Below, one piece after another: positions 1-9,321 of a stretch of 64,000 nt of DNA. This stretch comes from a virus. Taxonomy: Duplodnaviria; Caudoviricetes. Position numbers and translations under genes: made by a program. Location: the IMG/VR virus record IMGVR_UViG_3300035505_000313, positions 11,501 through 75,500 of that record, one strand, 5' to 3'. A model generated the notes under the pieces. The model made no database searches, had not been told where the DNA came from, and worked only from the letters and a program-made list of their open reading frames with translations. The number at the start of each line of letters is the position of its first letter. Within the stretch, counting starts at the first letter, position 1.

Positions 1-49
1 CAATACTGTCCTCATTATAATCAGACTTTTTCCTATTCTTTGTTGCCAT
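1..49 (-). CDS. Partial ORF (N-terminus only, runs off the window); possibly a type II topoisomerase B subunit
   Basis: AAGGAGG RBS then MATKNRKKSDYNEDSI. The YNEDSI resembles the start of GyrB/ParE, but only 16 codons are visible. Confidence 0.3.
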   Translation of the reverse strand, partial: MATKNRKKSDYNEDSI

Positions 50-116
50 AAATCTAATCCTCCTTAACTTTTATATAGGAATGTTCTGAAAAACTTTAGT
101 TTCCAAATATTTCGTG

Positions 117-347
117 TTATCCAAGAGAATTTTGTTTCCCAAGGGATAACTCCTTCGCAATCACTTTATTAAAGTAATTTTGAATTTTACTCTCATTAGT
201 GTTGTGGACTGGAAAAATGATTGTCTTCTTTGATGTTGGATTATAGAATTTGTAATGACTGCCATTCTGTCTTACTAACTTATATCCACTGTCCGTTATT
301 AATTTAATCATTTCTTTCCTCTTGTAACTTTTCTTAATTTGTCCCAT
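117..347 (-). CDS. hicA: HicA-family mRNA interferase (toxin-like)
   Basis: 76 aa with GYKLVRQNGSHYKF...IIFPVH, matching the HicA GSH and (V/F)PxH motifs. Confidence 0.75.
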   Translation of the reverse strand: MGQIKKSYKRKEMIKLITDSGYKLVRQNGSHYKFYNPTSKKTIIFPVHNTNESKIQNYFNKVIAKELSLGKQNSLG

Positions 348-450
348 ATTAACCTCTTTTCTCCCTCATCTGAAATTCAGTTAGTTTTGTGGACCTCATT
401 CGTTTTTAGACAAAATGAGAGGTAATGTATTTCTACATTACCTCTCTATA

Positions 451-708
451 TTATCGTTCTTCCAGTTCATATTCAAGTGTATCTGGCACTGTCTCTATTT
501 CTTCATTAATACTGCGATATTCAAATGCTGGATAAAGTTTCTTACTCCAACACTTATAATCACAAGTAATATCAGAACAAGCCAATGCAAATCTACCAGT
601 TTTAGATTCTGCACCAACGTTGTCATCGCTGACCAGCAATCCTCTTCCACACTTAGGGCAAGTACGTTCAATCTTGAACTCTTGCATTGTACTACGGATT
701 AAAGACAT
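451..708 (-). CDS. Small zinc-ribbon protein (topoisomerase C4-finger-like)
   Basis: CPKCG...GRFALACSDITCDY four-Cys pattern; GGAGG-like RBS. Confidence 0.45.
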   Translation of the reverse strand: MSLIRSTMQEFKIERTCPKCGRGLLVSDDNVGAESKTGRFALACSDITCDYKCWSKKLYPAFEYRSINEEIETVPDTLEYELEER

Positions 709-732
709 ATTTAACCCTCCTTTGAGTAATAA

Positions 733-1065
733 TTATTTGTTGTCTGTTACAACTCCCAAGTGCAAATGGTCATCATAAGTCATTTTGGTGTCTTCTTCAG
801 GTTCTTTAATAACTTCAGCTACAATCTTAAGGTCAACATCTTCATCACACACTGATGTAACGAAAATTAATTCCATGTTGTCAAGACCAAAAGCTTTTAC
901 AGTTTCATCATCAAAATCTTCTGGAACTGTAAATTTGATTTCAGTTAAGAAAGAACCGTCTTTATGTCGTACTTCGATGTCTAATTTCAAGTCATTCTGC
1001 GTTGTCTTAATATAATTTGACAGTAACATTCTTAGTTCACTCCTTTTTGTTTTGTTAGTGTTCAA
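733..1065 (-). CDS. Hypothetical protein
   Basis: 110 aa acidic ORF whose start overlaps the stop of the upstream ORF (1062-1065). Confidence 0.6.
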   Translation of the reverse strand: MNTNKTKRSELRMLLSNYIKTTQNDLKLDIEVRHKDGSFLTEIKFTVPEDFDDETVKAFGLDNMELIFVTSVCDEDVDLKIVAEVIKEPEEDTKMTYDDHLHLGVVTDNK

Positions 1066-1505
1066 TAGTTATTGGCAAATAGAACCATACGATTCTGTCG
1101 TAATGATTCTTGACAGTCAATAGCTAATTGGTTTGCAGATTGCCTGTACTTAAATTCTGATGTCATCATCCCCTTATCAAACTTCCCAGAAATTAGAACA
1201 TCAATGCAACTTAAATACTCATGATGTTTACATACCTTCCACTTCTCCTTAGTGAAGAGCCAAAATGTTTTATACGGAAACCTAGCTCTCAATAAGGTAA
1301 GCCAAATTGTCAATTCTTCAACTTCATCCGAAGTTAATTCCCAGTTATCATTGATTACTGTAATTCCAGATGAATGTTCGGCTAACCGTACTAGCTTTGA
1401 ATAAATGTCTCCGTTCATTTCATACTCATCATTCTGGTTAAGATTCAAACAAACTCTCTCTCCCAGACCATAAGCATCCTTACATAAAAAAGTTTTGCAA
1501 TGCAT
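1062..1505 (-). CDS. NrdG-like protein lacking the radical SAM cysteine motif
   Basis: C-terminal FPYKTFWLFT...IDVLISGKF...KYRQSANQLAIDCQESL matches NrdG. No CxxxCxxC is present. Confidence 0.65.
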   Translation of the reverse strand: MHCKTFLCKDAYGLGERVCLNLNQNDEYEMNGDIYSKLVRLAEHSSGITVINDNWELTSDEVEELTIWLTLLRARFPYKTFWLFTKEKWKVCKHHEYLSCIDVLISGKFDKGMMTSEFKYRQSANQLAIDCQESLRQNRMVLFANNY

Positions 1506-1554
1506 GTCGAAGGTCTCCCTTTCTTTTTATTAGTTTGTTTTTATCTTAGAACGA

Positions 1555-2220
1555 TTATAACTCTTCTTTAATCCTAGCTAATTCTTCTTCAACACTGGAA
1601 TTAATATCATCCAGATATTTCTTAGCTAAATCTTCATCAGCATTGCTTTCCTTAATCATCTCAGCTTCAGCTTTTGCTGATTCTGCCATCTTTGTTGCCT
1701 TTTCTTCCATTTCATCAAATGAAGCAATACTTGATTGGTCATTACCATTTGCAGTAATGTTGTTAATGTGTTCTTGTGTCTTAGCAATGCTTACCTGTGC
1801 ATTGATAATACCTTGACGATTCTCTAAATCCTGAATCTTAAGAAGCAAGTTATCATGCTTGTCCTTCATTTCTCTAGCTGCTTTACTTAAAGATTCAGCT
1901 TGTTCCTCAAATGTCTCCAACATCTTCTCATAAGACTGCTTCTTAGCAATAAGCTTCTTAGCGTCTTCATCCTCTTTTGCCTTAACTGCTCTCTTGATTG
2001 CCTTATTATATAACCTAATAGTTTTCTTGCAATCATCACGTTTTCTGTCAGCAGCTTGGCTGTCAGCTAGTAGATTGGCTGTATCCCTTCTAATAACAAC
2101 CAAATCTGTTTTCAAGTCACGAATGATTTGGTCTACCATCTTAGCAGGGTCTTCTGCTTTCTTAAGAAATGAGTTAATGTTTGCCTTTACAACGTTCTTT
2201 GTTCTTTTTAAAATTCCCAT
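1555..2220 (-). CDS. pspA: PspA/IM30 family protein
   Basis: MGILKRTKNVVKANINSFLKKAEDPAKMVDQIIRDL start, coiled coil, FDEMEEK, and a VEEELARIK end. Confidence 0.9.
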   Translation of the reverse strand: MGILKRTKNVVKANINSFLKKAEDPAKMVDQIIRDLKTDLVVIRRDTANLLADSQAADRKRDDCKKTIRLYNKAIKRAVKAKEDEDAKKLIAKKQSYEKMLETFEEQAESLSKAAREMKDKHDNLLLKIQDLENRQGIINAQVSIAKTQEHINNITANGNDQSSIASFDEMEEKATKMAESAKAEAEMIKESNADEDLAKKYLDDINSSVEEELARIKEEL

Positions 2221-2238
2221 GGTTTTATTCTCCTTTTT

Positions 2239-2610
2239 TTACTTTTTAAGATATTTGTTTAATAAGTCATCGTCTACCAAAATTGTATTATGATTAGCAC
2301 TATAATGGTTATAATCATATTTCTTCTTAAATGCGTCTTTGGTAGCACATTTAAGTTTAACTGATGCATCTTTAATAGCATTATCTACTTCATATGAAGT
2401 AACCTTAACTTTATATTTCTTTCTCTTACCAAATGAATCTTTGAGTTCTTGGAATATTACTTTCAATAATATATCACTTTTTCCAGTTGTTAAGGTATAA
2501 ATTATTTCAGCTATTGCCCATATAACTGAAATTATTGCAACTCCTATACATACACCTACAACTATACTTTCAGCAAAGTTCACATTATCACACCCCCTTT
2601 TCATCATCAA
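2239..2610 (-). CDS. Membrane-anchored hypothetical protein (paralog of 2588-2902)
   Basis: N-terminal TM segment. C-terminal KKYDY...ILVDDDLLNKY is shared with the neighbour. Confidence 0.6.
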   Translation of the reverse strand: MMMKRGCDNVNFAESIVVGVCIGVAIISVIWAIAEIIYTLTTGKSDILLKVIFQELKDSFGKRKKYKVKVTSYEVDNAIKDASVKLKCATKDAFKKKYDYNHYSANHNTILVDDDLLNKYLKK

Positions 2611-2902
2611 TATACTTTAGTAATAAATTATCTCTTACCAAAACACTATTCTCTTTATAAGAAATATAATCATACTTCTGTTCAAAGATACTTTGAGCTT
2701 TGGCAGTGACATTTCCTCTCATGGCTAATTCTCTATCAAATTCGGTAATATAAAAATCATATCCTTTTTTCTTATTTTTAAACATACGAAAAAGTACTAC
2801 AAATATACTGACGTTATTATCAGTCATAATTAAATTAGCGAATTCGATAAGTAAATAAGCCAAAAATACAAGAAGACCAACTTTAAGTATTATAGTTGCC
2901 AA
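2588..2902 (-). CDS. Membrane-anchored hypothetical protein (paralog of 2239-2610)
   Basis: N-terminal TM segment; C-terminal QKYDY...VLVRDNLLLKY. Confidence 0.6.
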   Translation of the reverse strand: MATIILKVGLLVFLAYLLIEFANLIMTDNNVSIFVVLFRMFKNKKKGYDFYITEFDRELAMRGNVTAKAQSIFEQKYDYISYKENSVLVRDNLLLKYIDDEKGV

Positions 2903-3097
2903 TATCCATCTAATCCTCCTTTCTCATTAATTTCTTAATAATCTCTACTATCAAGAAATCTTCAATGGGTTTTCCACCATTAATGAAATTTATGGCAATA
3001 TGAAATATTTCAATTATTATAATAAAATCCATAATGCCAATAATAGCAAACACTAATTTACCAACTTCTTACTACTTTCCTTAAATTATTAACAGGT

Positions 3098-3238
3098 TTA
3101 CAGACTTCCGTTTTTAATATCTTCAAATATCATAGCAAAAAGTCTAATAATAAGCATACTTAGAATACCTATAGCTAATATTCCAATTCCTATTGCTAAA
3201 GCTCCTAAAAAGTATAAACCAATATTCAATATTATCAT
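3098..3238 (-). CDS. Small membrane protein (46 aa, not in the ORF track)
   Basis: AGGAGG RBS, then MIILNIGLYFLGALAIGIGILAIGILSMLIIRLFAMIFEDIKNGSL*. Confidence 0.55.
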   Translation of the reverse strand: MIILNIGLYFLGALAIGIGILAIGILSMLIIRLFAMIFEDIKNGSL

Positions 3239-3337
3239 ATGCTAATTCCTCCTTTCTGTTATATTTTTAGTACTATTTAATAATATATAGATAAAAGAAA
3301 GGATAATACCATTTTTAGCATTATCCTTTCCATTCTA

Positions 3338-4237
3338 TTATAAGTGAGTTACACGTTGATTAATTTCCTTCGTCTTACCAAAGTTCCAGAAATTCTCACC
3401 TAAATAACCACAAGTTCTACGTACAACTGTTAATTTATCCTTATCTGTGCAACCACATTGAGGACAAACCCATGTTATACCATCTTCTTTAGTTCCTATC
3501 TCTCCTTCATACCCACAATTACCACAACTATCTGATTTAGTATTGAACTCAAAGTACTGAATATTTTCATACCCATACTTGATTAATTCCTCAATAGCTG
3601 ATATATTTTTAGTAAGTGAAGGAAGCTCAATATAAGAAATGCAACCACCAGTAGAAAGTGACTGAAATTGAGATTCAAACTTAAGCTTATCAAAAGCGTT
3701 AATCTCTTCTCTGACGTCAATATGATACGAATTCGTATACCAATCTTTATCAGTTACATTCTCAATGATACCGAATTTCTCTCTATCAATCTTGTTAAAA
3801 CGATAGCATAAAGATTCAGCAGGTGTACCATATAAGGAGAATCCTAAGTCAGCACCACCCTCTTTTGTTTCTCTCCAAGTTTGACATTTGTCTTTCATAT
3901 ATTTCATAACTTTCAATGCAAACTCAGTTCCTTCAGGTTTTGTGTGTGAACAACCTTTCATAAGGTAAGTCATTTCATAAATACCAATGTAACCCAATGA
4001 AAGTGTTGAATAACCACCAGTAAGATAATCATCAATAGTTTCACCAGCTTTTAATCTAGCAATAGCACCATGTTGCCAATGAATAGGTGAAACATCTGAT
4101 AGTGTACCCTTTAGTTGTTCATATCTACAAATTAATGCTTCCTTACAAAGCTCTAATCGCTCATCAAGAAGCTTCCAAAATTTTTCTTCATCACCATTAG
4201 CTATGATAGCAATCTGAGGTAGATTGATTGAGACAAC
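3338..4237 (-). CDS. nrdD: Anaerobic ribonucleotide reductase NrdD, exon 3
   Basis: Begins VVSINLPQIAI. Contains YGTPAESLC, Zn-binding CGNC/CPQC and the glycyl-radical motif RRTCGYLG. Confidence 0.93.
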   Translation of the reverse strand, partial: VVSINLPQIAIIANGDEEKFWKLLDERLELCKEALICRYEQLKGTLSDVSPIHWQHGAIARLKAGETIDDYLTGGYSTLSLGYIGIYEMTYLMKGCSHTKPEGTEFALKVMKYMKDKCQTWRETKEGGADLGFSLYGTPAESLCYRFNKIDREKFGIIENVTDKDWYTNSYHIDVREEINAFDKLKFESQFQSLSTGGCISYIELPSLTKNISAIEELIKYGYENIQYFEFNTKSDSCGNCGYEGEIGTKEDGITWVCPQCGCTDKDKLTVVRRTCGYLGENFWNFGKTKEINQRVTHL

Positions 4238-5510
4238 CATAAATACCCTGTCTTTCGACATATTTATCTACCTCAGTAAAGGGATTAGAGTACACCATAA
4301 ACATGTAGTACTACTTCTTTTTACGAATTGGAAAAGTATAACCCTTCTCAAGTAATATATCTTGATGGTATTTTCCTACATTAATATTTACTATTGTCTT
4401 TCTTGGTATACCAAGCCTATCAGCAATTTCTCTATGTAATAACGATGTTGTCTTTAATAATTCTGCTGTTTTTAAAACTTGGTCTTCTGTAAGATGACTA
4501 AAACATTTCTTTCTAATTGGATAATCAATACCATCTAAATGGTATGTATCACCTTCAGAAATTTTCTTAATTGTATTAGGATGACAATTAAATTTATTTG
4601 AAATAGCCTTATAACCCAAATCTGAATTCTGAAGTAAATCTATAATTTCAAATATTTGGTCTTCGCTAAAATTAATTTGCTTATTAAAGCCTTGTTCTCT
4701 AATTGGATAATCAATATCACTATAAAACCAAGTTTCACCGCAATTAATATCACTAATCATTTCTCTAGTACAATTAGGGAATTTCTTAGCAATATCAACC
4801 ATAGATAAATCAGTCTCTTTTAGATATTTTCTAATTTTAGCAACTTGCGTCTTTGTTAATTTAACTGTATGAGTAGTTTTACCTCCCATATTGGAGTTAT
4901 ACCCATCTTCATATGAGTTATATTTTCTAATATAATATACCTCTTTCTTATTTAATTCTTTTTCAGGTATATCATCTTCCAATACTTCCCATTTAAAGTT
5001 TTCAGCTCCTAATTTTCTAATCATCTTATAGAACATAGAAAAATACGTATGGTCATTTTTGTTTAAAGCAGATTTTAAATGTTGAGTTTTCCTAGCTTCT
5101 AAATTATTTAGGGTTTGCCCAATATAAACACCATGAATAATAGTGTCTTCTGCTTTGTAAATTAATCCTTTTCTTATTCTTTCCATAGTTAAATCTACCT
5201 CCAATCAAATTTATTATAATTCTTTGTTAGGTAGTTTCAACCGAAGTACTATTTAGTTTGTTCCATTATACTCGTTGAACCTTTTTTGCATTTAAAAATG
5301 CAAAGCTTTGGCTGCTGATTATCCATTGTTACAGTACTTAGGACACCATATTTCTACGATGCTTTTATTTCACCTTATACCATCTTAACTTCTTGTTTCT
5401 GCTTTCGCATCCATACTGTTCTTCGCAGTAGGAGAGTTAAGCTTTAGGAACTCCCAGCATTTTTTGAAACTTTACATCACAATATTTCTATTATGAAGGG
5501 GCATTAGTCT
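4238..5510 (-). mobile_element. Group I intron 2 in nrdD, carrying a homing endonuclease ORF
   Basis: Exon ends GGU and intron ends in G; splicing restores RFNKG/VVSINL in frame. P1 GGGU pairs with GCCC with a U-G pair at the splice site. P7 pair GAGUA (UUCAACGAGUAUAA) / UACUC (AUGGUGUACUCU). Confidence 0.88.
4311..5186 (-). CDS. Intron-encoded GIY-YIG homing endonuclease
   Basis: GLIYK...VYIGQT...RKTQH...YIRKYNSYEDGYN, followed by repeated helix-turn-helix-like DNA-binding modules. Likely start is ATG at 5186 after GGAGG. Confidence 0.88.
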   Translation of the reverse strand: MERIRKGLIYKAEDTIIHGVYIGQTLNNLEARKTQHLKSALNKNDHTYFSMFYKMIRKLGAENFKWEVLEDDIPEKELNKKEVYYIRKYNSYEDGYNSNMGGKTTHTVKLTKTQVAKIRKYLKETDLSMVDIAKKFPNCTREMISDINCGETWFYSDIDYPIREQGFNKQINFSEDQIFEIIDLLQNSDLGYKAISNKFNCHPNTIKKISEGDTYHLDGIDYPIRKKCFSHLTEDQVLKTAELLKTTSLLHREIADRLGIPRKTIVNINVGKYHQDILLEKGYTFPIRKKK

Positions 5511-5939
5511 ACCCTTATTAAATCTTCCTTCCCATTTGTACTTTCCAATCTCACTTTCAGGTTCATTATAATATTCTACATACTCTTTTGTCTTCTTCCA
5601 AGGACTTAAGAATGAACGACAACCCATACATGAGAATACATTTCCTTCATAAATCTCTTTCATCTTCTTAGAAGAAATGTAATCTGGATAAAGTCTCTTA
5701 GCATTACATTCAGCAGCTAAATGAGTAAGGTAATCATATTTCCCATCATTCATCAAGTTGTTAAATGGATATAATACATAGACTAATTTAGGGAAAGCAG
5801 GTGTAATATATACTCCATACTCATTTTTGATTCCCTCTATACGCTGTCTTAGAACTTCCTCAATGATATCAGCATTTTCTTGGATATATTCATCATCTTC
5901 ATCCACAAGATTAAGGAACAACGTTAAAAATGGGGATTG
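5511..5939 (-). CDS. nrdD: NrdD exon 2
   Basis: QSPFLTLF...PAFPKLVY...YPDYISSKKM...SCMGCRSFL...EGRFNKG; 429 nt, in frame. Confidence 0.92.
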
Positions 5940-6366
5940 CAGCCCCCTGACATATATTTCTATACATCCCTAGACTATCTCTTTACCCTCGTTCACGTTA
6001 GGCATATAGGAGACGAACCCTATACGGAATACTCTAATATTTGTATTCGTAGATGGCACTTCAGCAAAAAGAATTTCACTTTAAGCTTACGAATTTCATA
6101 ATCTTATTTCTAAGACCGTATATTCTAGTCGTTACACCCACTAAGAATTCACACTCTTAGCTTGGCACGATATTAGGCATGACTTAAGGTAATATACTAC
6201 TGACATAATATATCATCTCCCTTCATATTTTACAAAGGGAATATTACCTTAAATTTTAGCCATTCGTCGTTAGCTATTGTATAAATATTATACAATAACA
6301 CCCTATATTTATAGGTTCACCATCTCATACTCTATGATGTTTCCACCATAGACAGCCATTATATTA
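5940..6366 (-). ncRNA. Group I intron 1 in nrdD (427 nt, no ORF)
   Basis: Exon ends AAUGGU and intron ends GGCUG; splicing gives TTNG/QSPF. R-like GUAACGACUAGA and S-like AAAGAGAUAGUCUAG elements form P7. Confidence 0.88.
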
Positions 6367-7236
6367 ACCATTTGTCGTCATAAGTGTATTAATCTGATAC
6401 TGAATAGTCTGAACACCAGCTTTTAACTCAGATTTAGTTCTTTCAGCAACCAAATCTTCAAGCTCTTTTCCTGTATAACCCATTTCTTTATATACTTTAG
6501 TATACTTATCTTTAGAAATACGTAAGTACTTACCTAAGTGGCTTAGGTCTACAGACTGCCCACCATACTGATTAGAAGCCACAGCCGCAATTACCTGTGT
6601 AGTAACAGTACAAGCTACTTGGAAAGACTTAGGTGTCTCAATCATTTTTCCATTCATACATGTACCATTATCAAGGATATCTCCTATGTTAATAAGACAA
6701 CAGTTAAACATACCAAACTGTAAGAAGTAATCTTCATCATGGAAATGCAATACACCATCTTCATGTGCCTTAACAATTCTTTCAGGTAACAAAATTCTAT
6801 TAGTCATATCAATAGATGTAGCACCTGCAATGTAATCACGTTCTGTACTTAACAACATAGGATTCTTATTTGAATTCTCTGTGTTAGTATGGTAATCTTT
6901 ATGGTTAACTACATCAATCAATTTTTTATCTGTTGTATTCTTAATCAATCTGAGACTTTCATGTCTCTCTCGATATAAGATATATTTTTTAGCAAGCTGA
7001 AATTTATCCAATTTCATAAGTTCTACTTCCACTCTATCTTGAATTTCCTCAATACTTACAGTTGTAACTTCATTATCCTCTAAGTATTTTAAAATCCTTC
7101 CCTCAATTAAACGAATCTCCTCAATGGATGCTTTGTCAGCAATATCCTCAACATCCTTGTTAGCATTACTGATTGCATGAAAAATCTTTGATGCATCGAA
7201 TTCTACAATGTCACCATTACGTTTCTTAACGTGCAT
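6367..7236 (-). CDS. nrdD: NrdD exon 1 (ATP cone)
   Basis: VKKRNG...FDASKI ATP cone, HFHD...NCCLIN, QYGGQS. The spliced product is 732 aa. Confidence 0.93.
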
Positions 7237-7361
7237 AATTATTATCTCCTTTCATACATATATTGTGCAGTAATAGTTTGTTGTGACAAATTTCGCACTA
7301 AAATCCCCTAGTTTTCCTTGACGGAACATACAAAAAATTAAGATTAAGCAGACATAAAAAA

Positions 7362-7394
7362 GTGAGAAACTGATAAGTTTCATCAGTTTCTCAC
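7362..7394 (-). terminator. Intrinsic terminator
   Basis: 13 bp inverted repeat GTGAGAAACTGAT/ATCAGTTTCTCAC with a U-tract on the minus strand. Confidence 0.7.
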
Positions 7395-7401
7395 CCTAAA
7401 G

Positions 7402-7644
7402 CTACTTTTTCCTTTTCTTTTTCTTAGTAAACTTAGACTTACCAGAACCTCTCCTAGCATTTCTCATTTCTTCTAAGATTAACTTCTTGTTATCTTTGTA
7501 CTCAGGTTTGTATTCTGGTTCATCAAAGCTTTCTTCGTTCTTGTCACTGATGTTAGCAATCAGATTAGCTAATTGCTCTTTTCGTGTGTTGCCACTACCT
7601 ACGATTCCAGTATGTTGTAGCTTTATGTTGTCATCAGTCATCAT
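7402..7644 (-). CDS. Hypothetical protein with basic C-terminus
   Basis: 80 aa ORF overlapping the upstream ORF. Confidence 0.55.
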   Translation of the reverse strand: MMTDDNIKLQHTGIVGSGNTRKEQLANLIANISDKNEESFDEPEYKPEYKDNKKLILEEMRNARRGSGKSKFTKKKKRKK

Positions 7645-7885
7645 CTTCCTCCTCTGTTACACTGTCAGGAAGACAAAACCTAGTAAGACCTGACAAACCA
7701 TGCTTATCATAAGCATCCAAAGCCTGTCTTCCTCTTACATAGTCTCCTAACGTTCCATCTGCGGCTTTCTTCTTAATTCGACCTCTTTCAATATTGTGAG
7801 AAATCTCATCAATATCGACATTCAAGCCAAACCCAAAAAGTCTGCCCTCAATATAGTTACCTTTGTGATTGTTGTGTTCTGACAT
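7634..7885 (-). CDS. Hypothetical protein
   Basis: 83 aa with an AAGGAG RBS. Confidence 0.6.
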   Translation of the reverse strand: MSEHNNHKGNYIEGRLFGFGLNVDIDEISHNIERGRIKKKAADGTLGDYVRGRQALDAYDKHGLSGLTRFCLPDSVTEEEDDD

Positions 7886-7943
7886 AATTAATGTCTCCTT
7901 TCTTTATTTATTACAAATCTATAATATATACTTGTCTTAGAAT

Positions 7944-9293
7944 TTAAACATAGAACTTACTCCAAGACTTCCAGAAATCCTCATCCTTAGTAACGTGATT
8001 ATTAAGGAAATAATTTCGTGGCATGTACATACATAGATTTTTCTCAGCTCTTGTTATTGCTGTGTAAGTTAGTGCTATCTGAGTTTCTGGTTCAAAATTC
8101 CAGAAGATACCCTCTCCAATAAACACTACTCTTTTGTACTGATTGCCTTGTGACTTATGTGTGGTAATCGCATAACCGAAATCAAACTTGTTAACTCTAT
8201 TTCCATCCAATGGAGGAAGGTCTTTTAAAGTTTCAGGCTTTGGATATTTCTTTGGTTGAAAGATTCTTATATCTACAGGAACACCTGAGAATATACAATC
8301 CTTATCAAAATCAGGATGTACCTTTAAGTATATAATATCCATGCTAAAGTCTACTCGTTCAATTTCATCAACGTAGTAGATTCCACCATTAACTAGTGAT
8401 ACATAGTCATCCAGTTTAGGCGAATAGGATATTGTCTGCCAGTTGTTCATAGTGCATAGTAACTTATCTCCTTTAGTTGGTAGGTCAGTAGTTATACCTA
8501 TTAATTCCCTCATCATCTTATTTAACTTCTTACGAGTTTTATTCGTACAACAGATAACTTGTGTTACCAATGGAAGTAGTTCTTTATCTTCTTTAAGCCT
8601 TTCATAATTGAAGATTCCTACTTCACTATTGTTACCATAACTACCATAAGGTAAAGCTTCTCTGTTTCTTATCTTAAATGATAAGTCAACTATTGGTGAA
8701 CTACCATCTTGTCTTACAATCTCATCTAAAAGAGCATCATACTCTTTCATATAAGAATTTACACCTTGTACTGGTGGAAGCTGTCCATCATCACCAAGCA
8801 TAATTATTGGAACTCCGAATGAAAGTAAATCATTGCTAACTTCATCACTAACCATAGAGAATTCATCTACAACGATTAATTTATACTCTTTCTCTAAAAC
8901 ATTTCTCTTAGTAGTCTTAGTATATTTCTTCCAACCGAGAATCTCCTTTTCGTTTATACTTCCATCTTTGTTTTTGCCATAAATAGGCTTCTCATAAACT
9001 TCAGTATGATAAATCAACTTATGAATTGTCTTAGCATCCTTGTTACCTCTTTTCTTAAGGTTAAGAACTGCTGCCCCAGTATAAGCTACAAATACAACAT
9101 CATCAGGTGACAATTTTAACTCCTTGATAATTTCATTCACCATAAATGTCTTACCAGTTCCAGCATAACCGAAGATACGGAAATACTTCTTGAACTCTTT
9201 CTCTACACCCCACCAGAATACAGCTTTTTTCATACATTCTAACTGGCATTTGGTATAATTCTTTGTGTCATTTTTAATAGCTATGTCTTCCAT
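7944..9293 (-). CDS. SF1B helicase, RecD/Dda-like
   Basis: GYAGTGKT Walker A, IVVDEFSMV, LGDDGQLPPV, YAITTHKSQG, YTAITRA. Confidence 0.9.
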   Translation of the reverse strand: MEDIAIKNDTKNYTKCQLECMKKAVFWWGVEKEFKKYFRIFGYAGTGKTFMVNEIIKELKLSPDDVVFVAYTGAAVLNLKKRGNKDAKTIHKLIYHTEVYEKPIYGKNKDGSINEKEILGWKKYTKTTKRNVLEKEYKLIVVDEFSMVSDEVSNDLLSFGVPIIMLGDDGQLPPVQGVNSYMKEYDALLDEIVRQDGSSPIVDLSFKIRNREALPYGSYGNNSEVGIFNYERLKEDKELLPLVTQVICCTNKTRKKLNKMMRELIGITTDLPTKGDKLLCTMNNWQTISYSPKLDDYVSLVNGGIYYVDEIERVDFSMDIIYLKVHPDFDKDCIFSGVPVDIRIFQPKKYPKPETLKDLPPLDGNRVNKFDFGYAITTHKSQGNQYKRVVFIGEGIFWNFEPETQIALTYTAITRAEKNLCMYMPRNYFLNNHVTKDEDFWKSWSKFYV

Positions 9294-9321
9294 TGTTAAT
9301 CTCTAAACTCCTTTCTGTTTG

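Noticed and set aside
3338-7236. Three separate NrdD subunits, or stop-codon readthrough
   Set aside because: Group I splice junctions and core elements explain the split exactly.
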